Assembly (NCBI GenBank): GCA_048885925.1
Contig: JBHLLG010000008.1
Location: 22,207 to 86,206 of the forward strand
DNA: 64,000 nt
Direction: 5' to 3'
Origin: Candidatus Hermodarchaeota archaeon
Lineage (GTDB): Archaea > Asgardarchaeota > Lokiarchaeia > Sigyniarchaeales > SOKP01
The notes under the pieces were generated by a model. That model had not been told where the DNA came from. It ran no database searches and worked only from the letters and a program-made list of their open reading frames with translations. Position 1 is the stretch's first letter. Every line of letters begins with the position of its first letter. Shown piece after piece: positions 40,735 to 49,259 of this stretch. The translations under genes were made by a program, and so were the position numbers.

Positions 40735-41493
40735 ATGACTCGACATGGGGCTCAAAAAAGGTTGAAAAGACTTAATACTTCAGCGTTTTTACAGATAAAA
40801 AGGAAGCATGGAATTTTTTTTGTTAAACCATCTCCTGGGCCGCATTCCAATAGATTTTGCTTACCACTTCTACACATCGTAAGAGATCTACTCAAAATCG
40901 TTGATAATCATAGAGAAGCAAAAAAAATAATTGGTTTAGGTTATATCAAGGTTGATGGTAAAACTATTACTGATGAGTCATTTCCAGTAGGATTGATGGA
41001 CGTAGTTTCAATAGAAAAAATGAATAAACACTATAGAATCCTTCCAGATTCTCATCATGGCTTAATCTTACATGAAATTACGGAACAAGAAAGTACATTC
41101 AAATTGTGCAGGATAACCAATAAAAAAACTCTAAAAGGAGGTCATATTCAGTTAAACCTACATGATGGACGAAATATCTTAATTAGAGTTCAAGATCCAA
41201 AAAATCCAAAAGAGGATATATATAAACGAATGGATGTATTAAAGATTTCAATTCCAGAACAAGAAATTAATAAAATATTAAAATTTAAAGAAAACAATAT
41301 GGCAATCATCATGTCTGGAAAAAATATAGGACAAATTGGTAAGATTATTAGTATTTTAAAAAGATTTGGCCCCAAAGCAAGTACAGTCTCCATTCAACAT
41401 GATGGTGATCATACAGAAACTCTCTATGATTATACATTTATTATAGGAGAAGAAAATTCTGAAATAGATTTACCAAAAATTAAAAGTGTATAA
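40735..41493 (+). CDS. rps4e: 30S ribosomal protein eS4
   Basis: KPSPGPH, FPVGLMDV, QLNLHDGRN. Confidence 0.96.
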   Translation: MTRHGAQKRLKRLNTSAFLQIKRKHGIFFVKPSPGPHSNRFCLPLLHIVRDLLKIVDNHREAKKIIGLGYIKVDGKTITDESFPVGLMDVVSIEKMNKHYRILPDSHHGLILHEITEQESTFKLCRITNKKTLKGGHIQLNLHDGRNILIRVQDPKNPKEDIYKRMDVLKISIPEQEINKILKFKENNMAIIMSGKNIGQIGKIISILKRFGPKASTVSIQHDGDHTETLYDYTFIIGEENSEIDLPKIKSV

Positions 41494-41522
41494 TTAAAAA
41501 ATAAAAATTTTGTGATTAAAGA

Positions 41523-42116
41523 ATGTCATCCAAAACTAAAATAAATAAACTAGATACCCTAACAAAAGAATTTGAAGAAAAATGGAAAAATCCAATGAAA
41601 CGTCCATTTTTAGAAAAATTAACATTAAATATAGGAGTTGGAGCGGGAGGGGAGGAATTAGAAAAAGCAGTTACAGTCTTAGAAACAATAACAAATCAAA
41701 AAGCAATTAAAACACTATCTAAGAAAAATGTGAAGGAATTTAATTTAAGAAAAGGGCGTCCAATTGGGGCTAAAGTGACTATAAGAGGTCAAAATGCGGA
41801 AAAACTTCTCAAAAGATTATTAATTGTAAATAACAACAAAATCTTAGTAAGAAGTTTTGATGATTATGGAAATTTTGGTTTTGGAATAACAGAACATATT
41901 TCTATTCCAGGTATTGAATATGATAATACAATAGGTATATGGGGTTTAGACTGCATTGGTAGAGTAATAAGACCTGGAATGCGAGTAAAATTTAGGAGGA
42001 ATAAACATACAAAAATTCCAAAATATCATTATGTTTCACGTGAGGAAACCCAATATTTTTTGATACAGACATTTGGAGTTGAGATTGTTAAAAAATTAGA
42101 TTTAGAGTTCTTTTAA
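41523..42116 (+). CDS. rplE: 50S ribosomal protein uL5
   Basis: NPMKRPFLEKLTLNIGVG, PIGAKVTIRG, GNFGFGITEHI. Confidence 0.96.
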   Translation: MSSKTKINKLDTLTKEFEEKWKNPMKRPFLEKLTLNIGVGAGGEELEKAVTVLETITNQKAIKTLSKKNVKEFNLRKGRPIGAKVTIRGQNAEKLLKRLLIVNNNKILVRSFDDYGNFGFGITEHISIPGIEYDNTIGIWGLDCIGRVIRPGMRVKFRRNKHTKIPKYHYVSREETQYFLIQTFGVEIVKKLDLEFF

Positions 42117-42134
42117 AGATTAAGGTGAAAAAAG

Positions 42135-42284
42135 ATACCACAAGGTAAACATTATGGGAAGGGAGTACGCGAATGTAGGCGTTGCCATACTCATAGAGGC
42201 GTAATCCGGCGATATGGACTATATATTTGTAGAAGATGTTTCTATGAAATTGGTAAAGATATTGGATTTAAAAGATTTGAATAA
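42135..42284 (+). CDS. rpsN: 30S ribosomal protein uS14 (zinc type), apparent ATA start; missing from ORF track
   Basis: Manual translation (I/M)[48 protein letters not shown]; in-frame TGA at 42126 upstream; AGGTGA 42123-42128. Confidence 0.93.
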   Translation: MPQGKHYGKGVRECRRCHTHRGVIRRYGLYICRRCFYEIGKDIGFKRFE

Positions 42285-42319
42285 GTATTAATAAAAAATA
42301 TAGAAAAAGGTGAAAAGAT

Positions 42320-42703
42320 ACGACAAATACAATAGCAGATGCATGTTGTGCTCTTAAAAATGCAGAAAGAGCACGTAAAAAAGAAGTAATAATTAGCCCT
42401 GCTTCTAAAATTCTACAACAGATATTTAGAATCTTTCAAAAACATGCCTATATCGGAGAATTCGAAAGATATGATGATGGACGTCAAGGAAAATTTAAAA
42501 TTGCTTTATTAGGAAAGATAAATGAATGTGCGGGTTTATTAAAGCTGAACTACAAGGTTACGCAATTTGAAATGTTAGAAAGAAAATTATTACCTGCACC
42601 TGGTTTAGGTATAATTATATTCACAACTAATCAAGGTATAATGACAATGAGAGAAGCAGAAGAAAAGGGAATAGGTGGAAATACTTTGTGTTATATCTAT
42701 TAA
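42320..42703 (+). CDS. rpsH: 30S ribosomal protein uS8, apparent ACG start; missing from ORF track
   Basis: Manual translation (T/M)TNTIADACCALKNAERARKKEVIISPASK...YIGEFERYDDGRQGKF...LPAPGLGIIIFTTNQGIM..EAEEKGIGGNTLCYIY* (127 aa); in-frame TGA at 42311; AGGTGA 42308-42313. Confidence 0.93.
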   Translation, partial: TTNTIADACCALKNAERARKKEVIISPASKILQQIFRIFQKHAYIGEFERYDDGRQGKFKIALLGKINECAGLLKLNYKVTQFEMLERKLLPAPGLGIIIFTTNQGIMTMREAEEKGIGGNTLCYIY

Positions 42704-42726
42704 TTCAACCATGAGGTAAACATAAA

Positions 42727-43305
42727 ATGGTAAAAATTGCGTTCTTTAAGGAAGAATTAGAAATCCCTAAGGGTGTTGAAGTTAAATTGGAAGGTGGGCA
42801 TCATATTAGGGTGAAAGGCCCAAAAGGAGATATTTTAAAAGACTTTTCTCACGTAAGAGGGATAAAAGTCTCTATTGAAGGAAATAAAATTATTTTTTCG
42901 ACAAATTTCCCTAAGGGTGCAACTTTAGCTTTAATTAAAACAGTTGTTAGTATTATCAATAATTTAATTATTGGGGTTCAAACCAATTATAAATATGTCT
43001 CGAAAATCTGTTATTCACATTTTCCATGTAATTGTGAAGTGAAACCAGATAAACAAATGATTCAAATTGTAAATTTCTTAGGGGAAAAAGCACCAAGGAA
43101 AGCAAATTATCCAGAAAATGTGAAAGTGGAGATACAGGGAGATGATATATATTTTATTGGACCCGATAAAGAATCATTAGGACAAGCAGCCGCTAATGTT
43201 CAAAAAGCATGTCGTATCCGTAAAAAGGATCCACGAGTTTTTCAAGATGGAGTTTATCTATATAAAAGAATGCTTGGAGATGAAATCCTCTGGGAAATAA
43301 AGTGA
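42727..43305 (+). CDS. rplF: 50S ribosomal protein uL6
   Basis: VKGPKG, YSHFP, NFLGEKAPR, KDPRVFQDGVY. Confidence 0.96.
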   Translation: MVKIAFFKEELEIPKGVEVKLEGGHHIRVKGPKGDILKDFSHVRGIKVSIEGNKIIFSTNFPKGATLALIKTVVSIINNLIIGVQTNYKYVSKICYSHFPCNCEVKPDKQMIQIVNFLGEKAPRKANYPENVKVEIQGDDIYFIGPDKESLGQAAANVQKACRIRKKDPRVFQDGVYLYKRMLGDEILWEIK

Positions 43306-43315
43306 GGGAAGTATC

Positions 43316-43807
43316 ATGGAAAAAAAAAGATTGTTAAAAATAAGAAAGGAAATAAGTAAGAAAAGACCTTCATTTAGGAGAGTAGAATCCTGGAGATATA
43401 AAAGAGTAAAAGATTCATGGAGAAAACCTATTGGGATTGATTCAGCAACTCGAAAAAAAGAAAAATCTGGGGTTAAATCGCCTACAGTTGGTTATAGAGG
43501 CCCTAAAAAAGTAAGAGGGATACATCCATCTGGATATGAAGAAGTGAGAATTACTAATTTAAAAGATTTATCTAATTTAAATAAAAAAAAGCATGCTATA
43601 AAAATTTCAGCTAGATTAGGTGCTAAAAAGCGTATTGCGGTTATTGATTACTGCCAAAAAAGAGGTTTTAAAATATTGAACCTAGGAATTTCACAAAAAG
43701 AACTTGAACGGTTAGAAACAATAGTAAAAGCACCAATTTCTGATGAGGAAAGTGAGGAATTTCTTGATGTTGATAATTTAGAAGATTCTCTTGATTTAGA
43801 GGACTGA
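43316..43807 (+). CDS. rpl32e: 50S ribosomal protein eL32 with acidic C-terminal tail
   Basis: KRPSFRR, WRKPIGIDS, GYRGPKKVRGIHPSG. Confidence 0.95.
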   Translation: MEKKRLLKIRKEISKKRPSFRRVESWRYKRVKDSWRKPIGIDSATRKKEKSGVKSPTVGYRGPKKVRGIHPSGYEEVRITNLKDLSNLNKKKHAIKISARLGAKKRIAVIDYCQKRGFKILNLGISQKELERLETIVKAPISDEESEEFLDVDNLEDSLDLED

Positions 43808-43835
43808 GTTTAGAAATCAAAAGAGGAGATAATAA

Positions 43836-44297
43836 ATGAATTTAAAACCACAAAGAAGGATGGCTGCAGAAATTCTTAAATGTGGAGAAAATCGAGTTTA
43901 TTTCGATCCATACTTAATAGAAGATATTTCTTTAGCAATTACAAGAGAAGATGTTCGCAATTTAATAAAACAAGGGGTAATTCAAAAAAAATACAAAGAA
44001 GGAATTTCAAAATATAGAAAAAACCTAACCCATGAAAGGAAGAAAAAGGGAAGAGCGAGAGGATTAGGAAAAAGAAAAGGTAAAAAGTATGCTAGAACAC
44101 CAAAGAAAAGAGCATGGATAAGAAAAATTCGCCCAATTAGAAAAGAATTGAAAAAACTTAGAGATCGAAAGTTAATTACAGCAACTAATTATCGGAAATT
44201 ATATAAAAATGCTAAAGGTGGAATGTTTCATAGTGTTGCACAATTGAATAGGTATATTAAGGAAAAAGATTTAATTAGGAGAGGGAGAGGTCGCTAA
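43836..44297 (+). CDS. rpl19e: 50S ribosomal protein eL19
   Basis: QRRMAAEILKCGENRV, AITREDVR, AKGGMF. Confidence 0.96.
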   Translation: MNLKPQRRMAAEILKCGENRVYFDPYLIEDISLAITREDVRNLIKQGVIQKKYKEGISKYRKNLTHERKKKGRARGLGKRKGKKYARTPKKRAWIRKIRPIRKELKKLRDRKLITATNYRKLYKNAKGGMFHSVAQLNRYIKEKDLIRRGRGR

Positions 44298-44299
44298 AA

Positions 44300-44893
44300 A
44301 TGGCAAAAGGTCCAAGATATAGAAGATCTTTTCGAAGAAGACATGATGGTAAAACTAATTACCAAAAAAGATCAAAATTACTAAAATCAAGAAGAATAAG
44401 ATTAGTGCTAAGAGCTTCAAATAATCATATGAGAGTTCAAGTTATTCAATCTAAATTAGGAGGAGATAAGGTTTTAGTTTCTGCCTTTTCTAAGGAATTA
44501 ACCTCAAAATATGGTTGGACTGCTAATACTGGTAATATTCCAGCAGCTTATTTAACTGGTTATTTAGCTGGATTAAGGGCAAAAGCTAAAAAAATAAATG
44601 AAGCTATCTTTGATTTAAGCATATTTTATCACAAAAATCGAGTACTTGCTGGATGTAAAGGATTAATAGATGCAGGTCTCAATATTCCTTATCGTGAAGA
44701 ATTTTTTCCAGAAGGATTAAATGATAGAATCAAAGGTGCTCATATTGAAGATTATGCCAAAACTTTAAAATCAAATGAACCAGAAAAATATGAAAAAATA
44801 TTTTCCAGTTATATAAATATTAAAAAAATTAATCCATTGAAGTTTGGTCAAATTTTTTCAAATTCATTAAAAATTATTGAGACTAAAGCTTAA
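44300..44893 (+). CDS. rplR: 50S ribosomal protein uL18
   Basis: GPRYR..FRRR..GKTNY, NIPAAYLTGYLAG. Confidence 0.96.
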   Translation: MAKGPRYRRSFRRRHDGKTNYQKRSKLLKSRRIRLVLRASNNHMRVQVIQSKLGGDKVLVSAFSKELTSKYGWTANTGNIPAAYLTGYLAGLRAKAKKINEAIFDLSIFYHKNRVLAGCKGLIDAGLNIPYREEFFPEGLNDRIKGAHIEDYAKTLKSNEPEKYEKIFSSYINIKKINPLKFGQIFSNSLKIIETKA

Positions 44894-44907
44894 GAACGTG
44901 ATATAAA

Positions 44908-45522
44908 ATGAGTCGTTTAAGAAGTATTGATGAAGAATGGGTCCCAAAAACAAAATTAGGTGAACTTGTTCAACAGGGCCTTATGACATTGGAAAAGATA
45001 TTTCAAAACAATTTAGTTGTAAAGGAAAAAGAAATTGTAGATGTTCTATTACCACAATTACGTGAAGATGTTATATCTATAAAAATGATCCAAAAGATGA
45101 GCGCTAGTGGGCAAAGAAGTAGATTTAAGGCAGTAGTAATTATAGGCGCTGATGGTTTCCTTGGTGTTGGAGCATCTAAAAGTAAAGAGGTTGGACCTGC
45201 TATTAGGAAAGCAATTGACAAGGCTAAACTTTCTGTTATTCCAATTCTTAGAGGATGTGGAAGTAAAGAATGTGGGTGTGGGGGTACTCATAGTATTCCT
45301 TTTAAAGTTCAAGGTAAATGCGGTTCAGTTAAAATCAAATTAATCCCGGCTCCTGCTGGTGTTGGATTAGCATGTGCAGACAAAGTAAAACAAGTGCTAA
45401 AACTATGCGGCATTGAAGATATATGGAGCAAAACCTATGGTGATACAAGAACAAGTGAAAATCTTGTAAAGGCAACTATTGATGCTCTCAAGCATGCACA
45501 TAAATATAACTTTAATTTATGA
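44908..45522 (+). CDS. rpsE: 30S ribosomal protein uS5
   Basis: WVPKTKLG, GQRSRFKAVV, HSIPFKVQGKCGSV, PAPAGVGL. Confidence 0.96.
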   Translation: MSRLRSIDEEWVPKTKLGELVQQGLMTLEKIFQNNLVVKEKEIVDVLLPQLREDVISIKMIQKMSASGQRSRFKAVVIIGADGFLGVGASKSKEVGPAIRKAIDKAKLSVIPILRGCGSKECGCGGTHSIPFKVQGKCGSVKIKLIPAPAGVGLACADKVKQVLKLCGIEDIWSKTYGDTRTSENLVKATIDALKHAHKYNFNL

Positions 45523-45539
45523 AAAAGAGTGGTGTTTAA

Positions 45540-46064
45540 ATGGCTATGGCAAAAAAAAACCCAAAGGTAAAGGAGTCAGAATTTCAACCAAAGCTTTATT
45601 TTGCAATTCGAATAAGGGGCGCTCCTGGGATGAAAGGTAAAATATCAGATACGTTGAAGATGCTTAAAATGCATAAAGTAAATCATGGTGTACTTATATG
45701 GGGTATTCCTTCATATAAAGGCATGTTAGTAAAATGTAAAGATTATATTGCTTATGGAGAAATTGATGAAAAAACATTAATCAGATTACTAAGAGTGAGA
45801 GGAAAAGTCGAAGGTAATCATACTCTAACAGAAGAACATATTAAAAATTTAACTAATTATAAAAATTTTAGAGAATTAGCTAAAGCCCTATTGAACGGTG
45901 AAATTCAGTATCGTGAAAAAGATATATATAAAATTAAACCAGTTTTTCGATTACATCCCCCCAGAAAAGGACATCGAGGGACATTAAAGAAACATTTCAA
46001 TGAGGGAGGAACACTGGGTCATGTTGGAATTTATATAAATGAATTAATTCACAAAATGTTATAA
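45540..46064 (+). CDS. rpmD: 50S ribosomal protein uL30
   Basis: FAIRIRG, DYIAYGE, FRLHPPRKG, INELIHKML. Confidence 0.95.
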   Translation: MAMAKKNPKVKESEFQPKLYFAIRIRGAPGMKGKISDTLKMLKMHKVNHGVLIWGIPSYKGMLVKCKDYIAYGEIDEKTLIRLLRVRGKVEGNHTLTEEHIKNLTNYKNFRELAKALLNGEIQYREKDIYKIKPVFRLHPPRKGHRGTLKKHFNEGGTLGHVGIYINELIHKML

Positions 46065-46075
46065 TAATAAGGTGA

Positions 46076-46555
46076 GTGATAATTACAAGAAAATTTCCTA
46101 AGAAAGTCCGAAAAATGCGAGGCAGTCGTACACATGGCTATGGTAGAGTAGGTCAACATAGAAAAACGGGACAAAGAGCTGGAAGAGGAAAAACTACTCA
46201 ATGGAAAAAAAGCATGTATAGTTATTATTTAAAGCAGAAAGAACTTGGATTTCCTGATCCTGATTGGGATTTGGGAAAAAAAGGCTTTAAAAGACCTCAA
46301 GATATTAACAGAATCTATCAAGTTAATACTATAAATATTAAAGATTTAGACCATAAAATCGAGAAATTTGTTATCAATAAAAGAGCAACTAAATCTGGAA
46401 ATAAATATAACATTAATTTGAATGAGCTTAACATTCAGAAATTATTAGGTAGAGGAGAAGCCAATAAAGCGATTAATGTTATTGTTAATAAAGCTTCTAA
46501 AAAAGCAATTGAAAAAATTGAAGCTGCTGGTGGTAAAATTACTTTATTAACTTAA
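46076..46555 (+). CDS. rplO: 50S ribosomal protein uL15 (start GTG 46076 or, by SD spacing, ATT 46082)
   Basis: RKMRGSRTHGYG, GKKGF, KLLGRG, ASKKAIEKIEAAGG. Confidence 0.95.
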   Translation: MIITRKFPKKVRKMRGSRTHGYGRVGQHRKTGQRAGRGKTTQWKKSMYSYYLKQKELGFPDPDWDLGKKGFKRPQDINRIYQVNTINIKDLDHKIEKFVINKRATKSGNKYNINLNELNIQKLLGRGEANKAINVIVNKASKKAIEKIEAAGGKITLLT

Positions 46556-46635
46556 ATAGAACAATAAAAAATTGATTCTATATACTCATTTTATACTATT
46601 TATCTTAATTGAAAATAATTATTAAAGATTATAAG

Positions 46636-46779
46636 ATGGAAGAAGAATCCTTAAATGAAAATAAAACCAATTACAACAATGAAGATCGAAAAAAGAGAAA
46701 TATCTGTTTATTAATTTGCGTAATTATACTTTTAGTGATGATGATACCATCTACAATAGCATTCTTAGCTATTTTCTAA
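46636..46779 (+). CDS. Small (47 aa) C-terminally anchored membrane protein; missing from ORF track
   Basis: MEEESLNENKTNYNNEDRKKRNICLLICVIILLVMMIPSTIAFLAIF*; basic cluster before one TM; ends 12 nt from convergent gene. Confidence 0.55.
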   Translation: MEEESLNENKTNYNNEDRKKRNICLLICVIILLVMMIPSTIAFLAIF

Positions 46780-46791
46780 ACTTTTTTTCTT

Positions 46792-47436
46792 TTAATAGAG
46801 CATCTTGTTTATTAATTGGATTAAGCCTGGTAATATAAAAATAAATTCAAGTGTATTTCCAATAATATGTATGCCAGTAAAAACAATTCCTGTGAGAAAA
46901 TAAGGAATAAATTCATTTAAAGTACCTAAGAAAGACAGAACGTGAATTAATGAAGCGATAATTTGAAAATTTGAAGTAATTAATGCCCCAATTATGCCAA
47001 ATAAAACCATAACAGGAATATTGTAGAAATCTCCATTTAATGTAAATAAATTTTTCTTTTCTATAAGATTACGTGTTAAAGCTCCCAATAATCCAGTTAT
47101 AGAATAATGAGTCAATTGGAATGCCAAAAGTGGTAAAGGAGAAGAACCAAAAGGATTAAAATAACAAAAGATGAAAGAACTTAAGAACCCAACTATCATC
47201 CCATCTCTTTTCCCTAAAATAAAACCAGATAAAAAAATCATTAGAGTAAATAATTCTATGTTGGGTACGTATGCTAATAAATACCCCAAAACTATCGCTA
47301 ATGCTGTGAAAGTACTTATTAAAGCAATTCGAAAGGATCTTTGTTCTAACCATACTGAATGATTCACTCGCTCTTGCTTTGTGTCGGTAATTCCCCTTGT
47401 TTCATTAGGTTTTTCTACTTCTGATTTTAACCCCAA
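46792..47436 (-). CDS. ECF transporter S-component (CbrT-like)
   Basis: IALISTFTALAIVLGYLLAYVPNIELFTLMIFLSG..G...G motif, ~6 TMs. Confidence 0.8.
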   Translation of the reverse strand: MGLKSEVEKPNETRGITDTKQERVNHSVWLEQRSFRIALISTFTALAIVLGYLLAYVPNIELFTLMIFLSGFILGKRDGMIVGFLSSFIFCYFNPFGSSPLPLLAFQLTHYSITGLLGALTRNLIEKKNLFTLNGDFYNIPVMVLFGIIGALITSNFQIIASLIHVLSFLGTLNEFIPYFLTGIVFTGIHIIGNTLEFIFILPGLIQLINKMLY

Positions 47437-47616
47437 TATAATCTCAGTTTAAATTTCTTTTTAATATGTTAATTAGTAAGGAACGAAAGAATTTAAATAT
47501 ATAGGTTAAGTTTCCCATAGCACTCCGGGCTTCTACTCTTCAAAAAATAAGATTAGGAGGAGTGATTTTTTTCTCTAAAAATTAATTAAGAAAGTAAATT
47601 TTTTTCGAGAATTTTG

Positions 47617-48057
47617 TTAGGATTTATTAAACTTTATTTCTTGTTCTCCCTCTCCCCGAGTTAAAGCACTCATTTGACTTAAAGAAGCCAAGTGTTTTAA
47701 TCCTTTAACTTTGATTTTTCGAGCAAGAACTTTTCTCCGTATATCTTTGCCTGAGAGTGTTCCATCACCAATTTCTTTAAATATTTGCCTTGTAGTTTTC
47801 ATATAACTATCCCACCCTAGCTTTTCTTTCTTCACATTTTCTTTAGGTACATTTTTTACACTTCTCACAGATATAGTTCCTTTATCAACTTCAATTAAGG
47901 CAGCATTTTCGGCATCTGTTGGATTTAAAAGTATTTTGATACACTCTTCCTTAAACTGCTCCTTGAACTTTTCATTTGTATTTAATAATTCATATCTTTC
48001 TTTAATTGCTTTAACAAATTCACTTAATTCTTCAATACTTAGATCTGGTTCTGACAT
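47617..48057 (-). CDS. SCP2 sterol/lipid-binding-like domain protein
   Basis: ALIEVDKGTISV...G.LSG...VLARKIKVKG pattern. Confidence 0.55.
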   Translation of the reverse strand: MSEPDLSIEELSEFVKAIKERYELLNTNEKFKEQFKEECIKILLNPTDAENAALIEVDKGTISVRSVKNVPKENVKKEKLGWDSYMKTTRQIFKEIGDGTLSGKDIRRKVLARKIKVKGLKHLASLSQMSALTRGEGEQEIKFNKS

Positions 48058-48209
48058 AATTCCTAAACTTTAGTTTTGGATTTGATTTTATGTGCTAAAA
48101 TTAATTATTATCCCCTAATATTTAAATTTTTGACATTTTTATCAAATTCTATTAATTCAATAGAACAAAAGAATATTATCAATTTTGAATAACTTTTGGA
48201 ATAAGAGTT

Positions 48210-48635
48210 CTAAAATGAAAGTGAATTATCTACTCTAAAATACTTCTTTAAATTAAAAATATCCGCTTCTATTGATTTCGACTTTTTATTATATACTTCA
48301 TTTGGATAATTTCTTAAGGAAAATTCAGCTAATTGGAAAAGAATTCTATTCAAATTTTCTCCTTTTTGGGTTAAAGAATATTCTATCGTTACTGGAGTCG
48401 TGGACTTAATTGTCTTTTTAATAATATTTGACTTTTGTAATTCTTTTAAACGCAAAGATAGCATTTTTGTACTAAGTTGAGGATTAGATTCTAAAAATTC
48501 GGTAAATCGCGTTTTACCTTTAAATAAATCTCTAATTATTTGTATTGACCATTTCTTTCCAATAATATTTAGAGTTGCTTCTATAGGACAATTTTTCATA
48601 TTCTCTAAATCTTCAAATACTTCCATTTTCCTCAC
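48210..48635 (-). CDS. HxlR/DUF24-family winged-helix transcriptional regulator
   Basis: CPIEATLNIIGKKWSIQIIRDL, RFTE, LSLRLKEL, EYSLTQKG. Confidence 0.9.
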   Translation of the reverse strand: MRKMEVFEDLENMKNCPIEATLNIIGKKWSIQIIRDLFKGKTRFTEFLESNPQLSTKMLSLRLKELQKSNIIKKTIKSTTPVTIEYSLTQKGENLNRILFQLAEFSLRNYPNEVYNKKSKSIEADIFNLKKYFRVDNSLSF

Positions 48636-48647
48636 ATCATTACCAGT

Positions 48648-48706
48648 AAGTAACTTATTAATTTAAATAAAATAAAAGTTTGTTACTTTATATCATTTTG
48701 TTACTT
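48648..48706. promoter_or_regulatory. Putative operator: three GTTACTT half-sites in divergent HxlR/SRPBCC promoter
   Basis: AAGTAAC 48648-48654, GTTACTT 48682-48688 and 48700-48706. Confidence 0.35.
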
Positions 48707-48767
48707 AAATAAATTTACTATTAAAAACATCAATGAAATAAACAAATAATTAATTAGGTAATTAGAG

Positions 48768-49232
48768 ATGGAACATATTATTCTGGTTAAAGAAGAAATT
48801 AATTGTGATGTCAATACTGCATTTTCAATGTTTACAAAAAACGAACTTTTAGAGAATTGGCTAACAATAAAAGCTGATGTAGATCCTAAACTTGGAGGTA
48901 AATATGAACTCTTTTGGGTACCTGAACATCCAGAAAATGATAGTACAATTGGTTGTAAAATTACTGGAATTGAGAAAAATAAATTTATTTCATTTGATTG
49001 GAAAGGCCCAGCAGAGTTTAAATCTTTTATGAATTTTGCTGATCCTTTAACACACGTAATTATATTTTTTTCTCATAACAATAATAACCCAAAGAAAACA
49101 ATTATCCATTTATTCCATACAGGGTGGAGAAAGGATTTAAATTGGCAAAAAGCTCGTGAATATTTTGAAAAAGCTTGGTTAAAGGCATTACAAGGTTTAA
49201 AAGAAAAAATCAAACAGAAGGAACTAATTTAA
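48768..49232 (+). CDS. SRPBCC/AHSA1-like ligand-binding protein
   Basis: FTKNELLENW, DPKLGGKY, ISFDW, LFHTGW, W...L..LK. Confidence 0.85.
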   Translation: MEHIILVKEEINCDVNTAFSMFTKNELLENWLTIKADVDPKLGGKYELFWVPEHPENDSTIGCKITGIEKNKFISFDWKGPAEFKSFMNFADPLTHVIIFFSHNNNNPKKTIIHLFHTGWRKDLNWQKAREYFEKAWLKALQGLKEKIKQKELI

Positions 49233-49259
49233 TAAATAAGTAACATAAATTTTTTTTAT

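Noticed and set aside
47500-47570. Cobalamin riboswitch call (AGCCCGGAG and GGGAA on minus strand)
   Set aside because: Motif order and length do not fit the consensus; kept only as an unassigned hairpin
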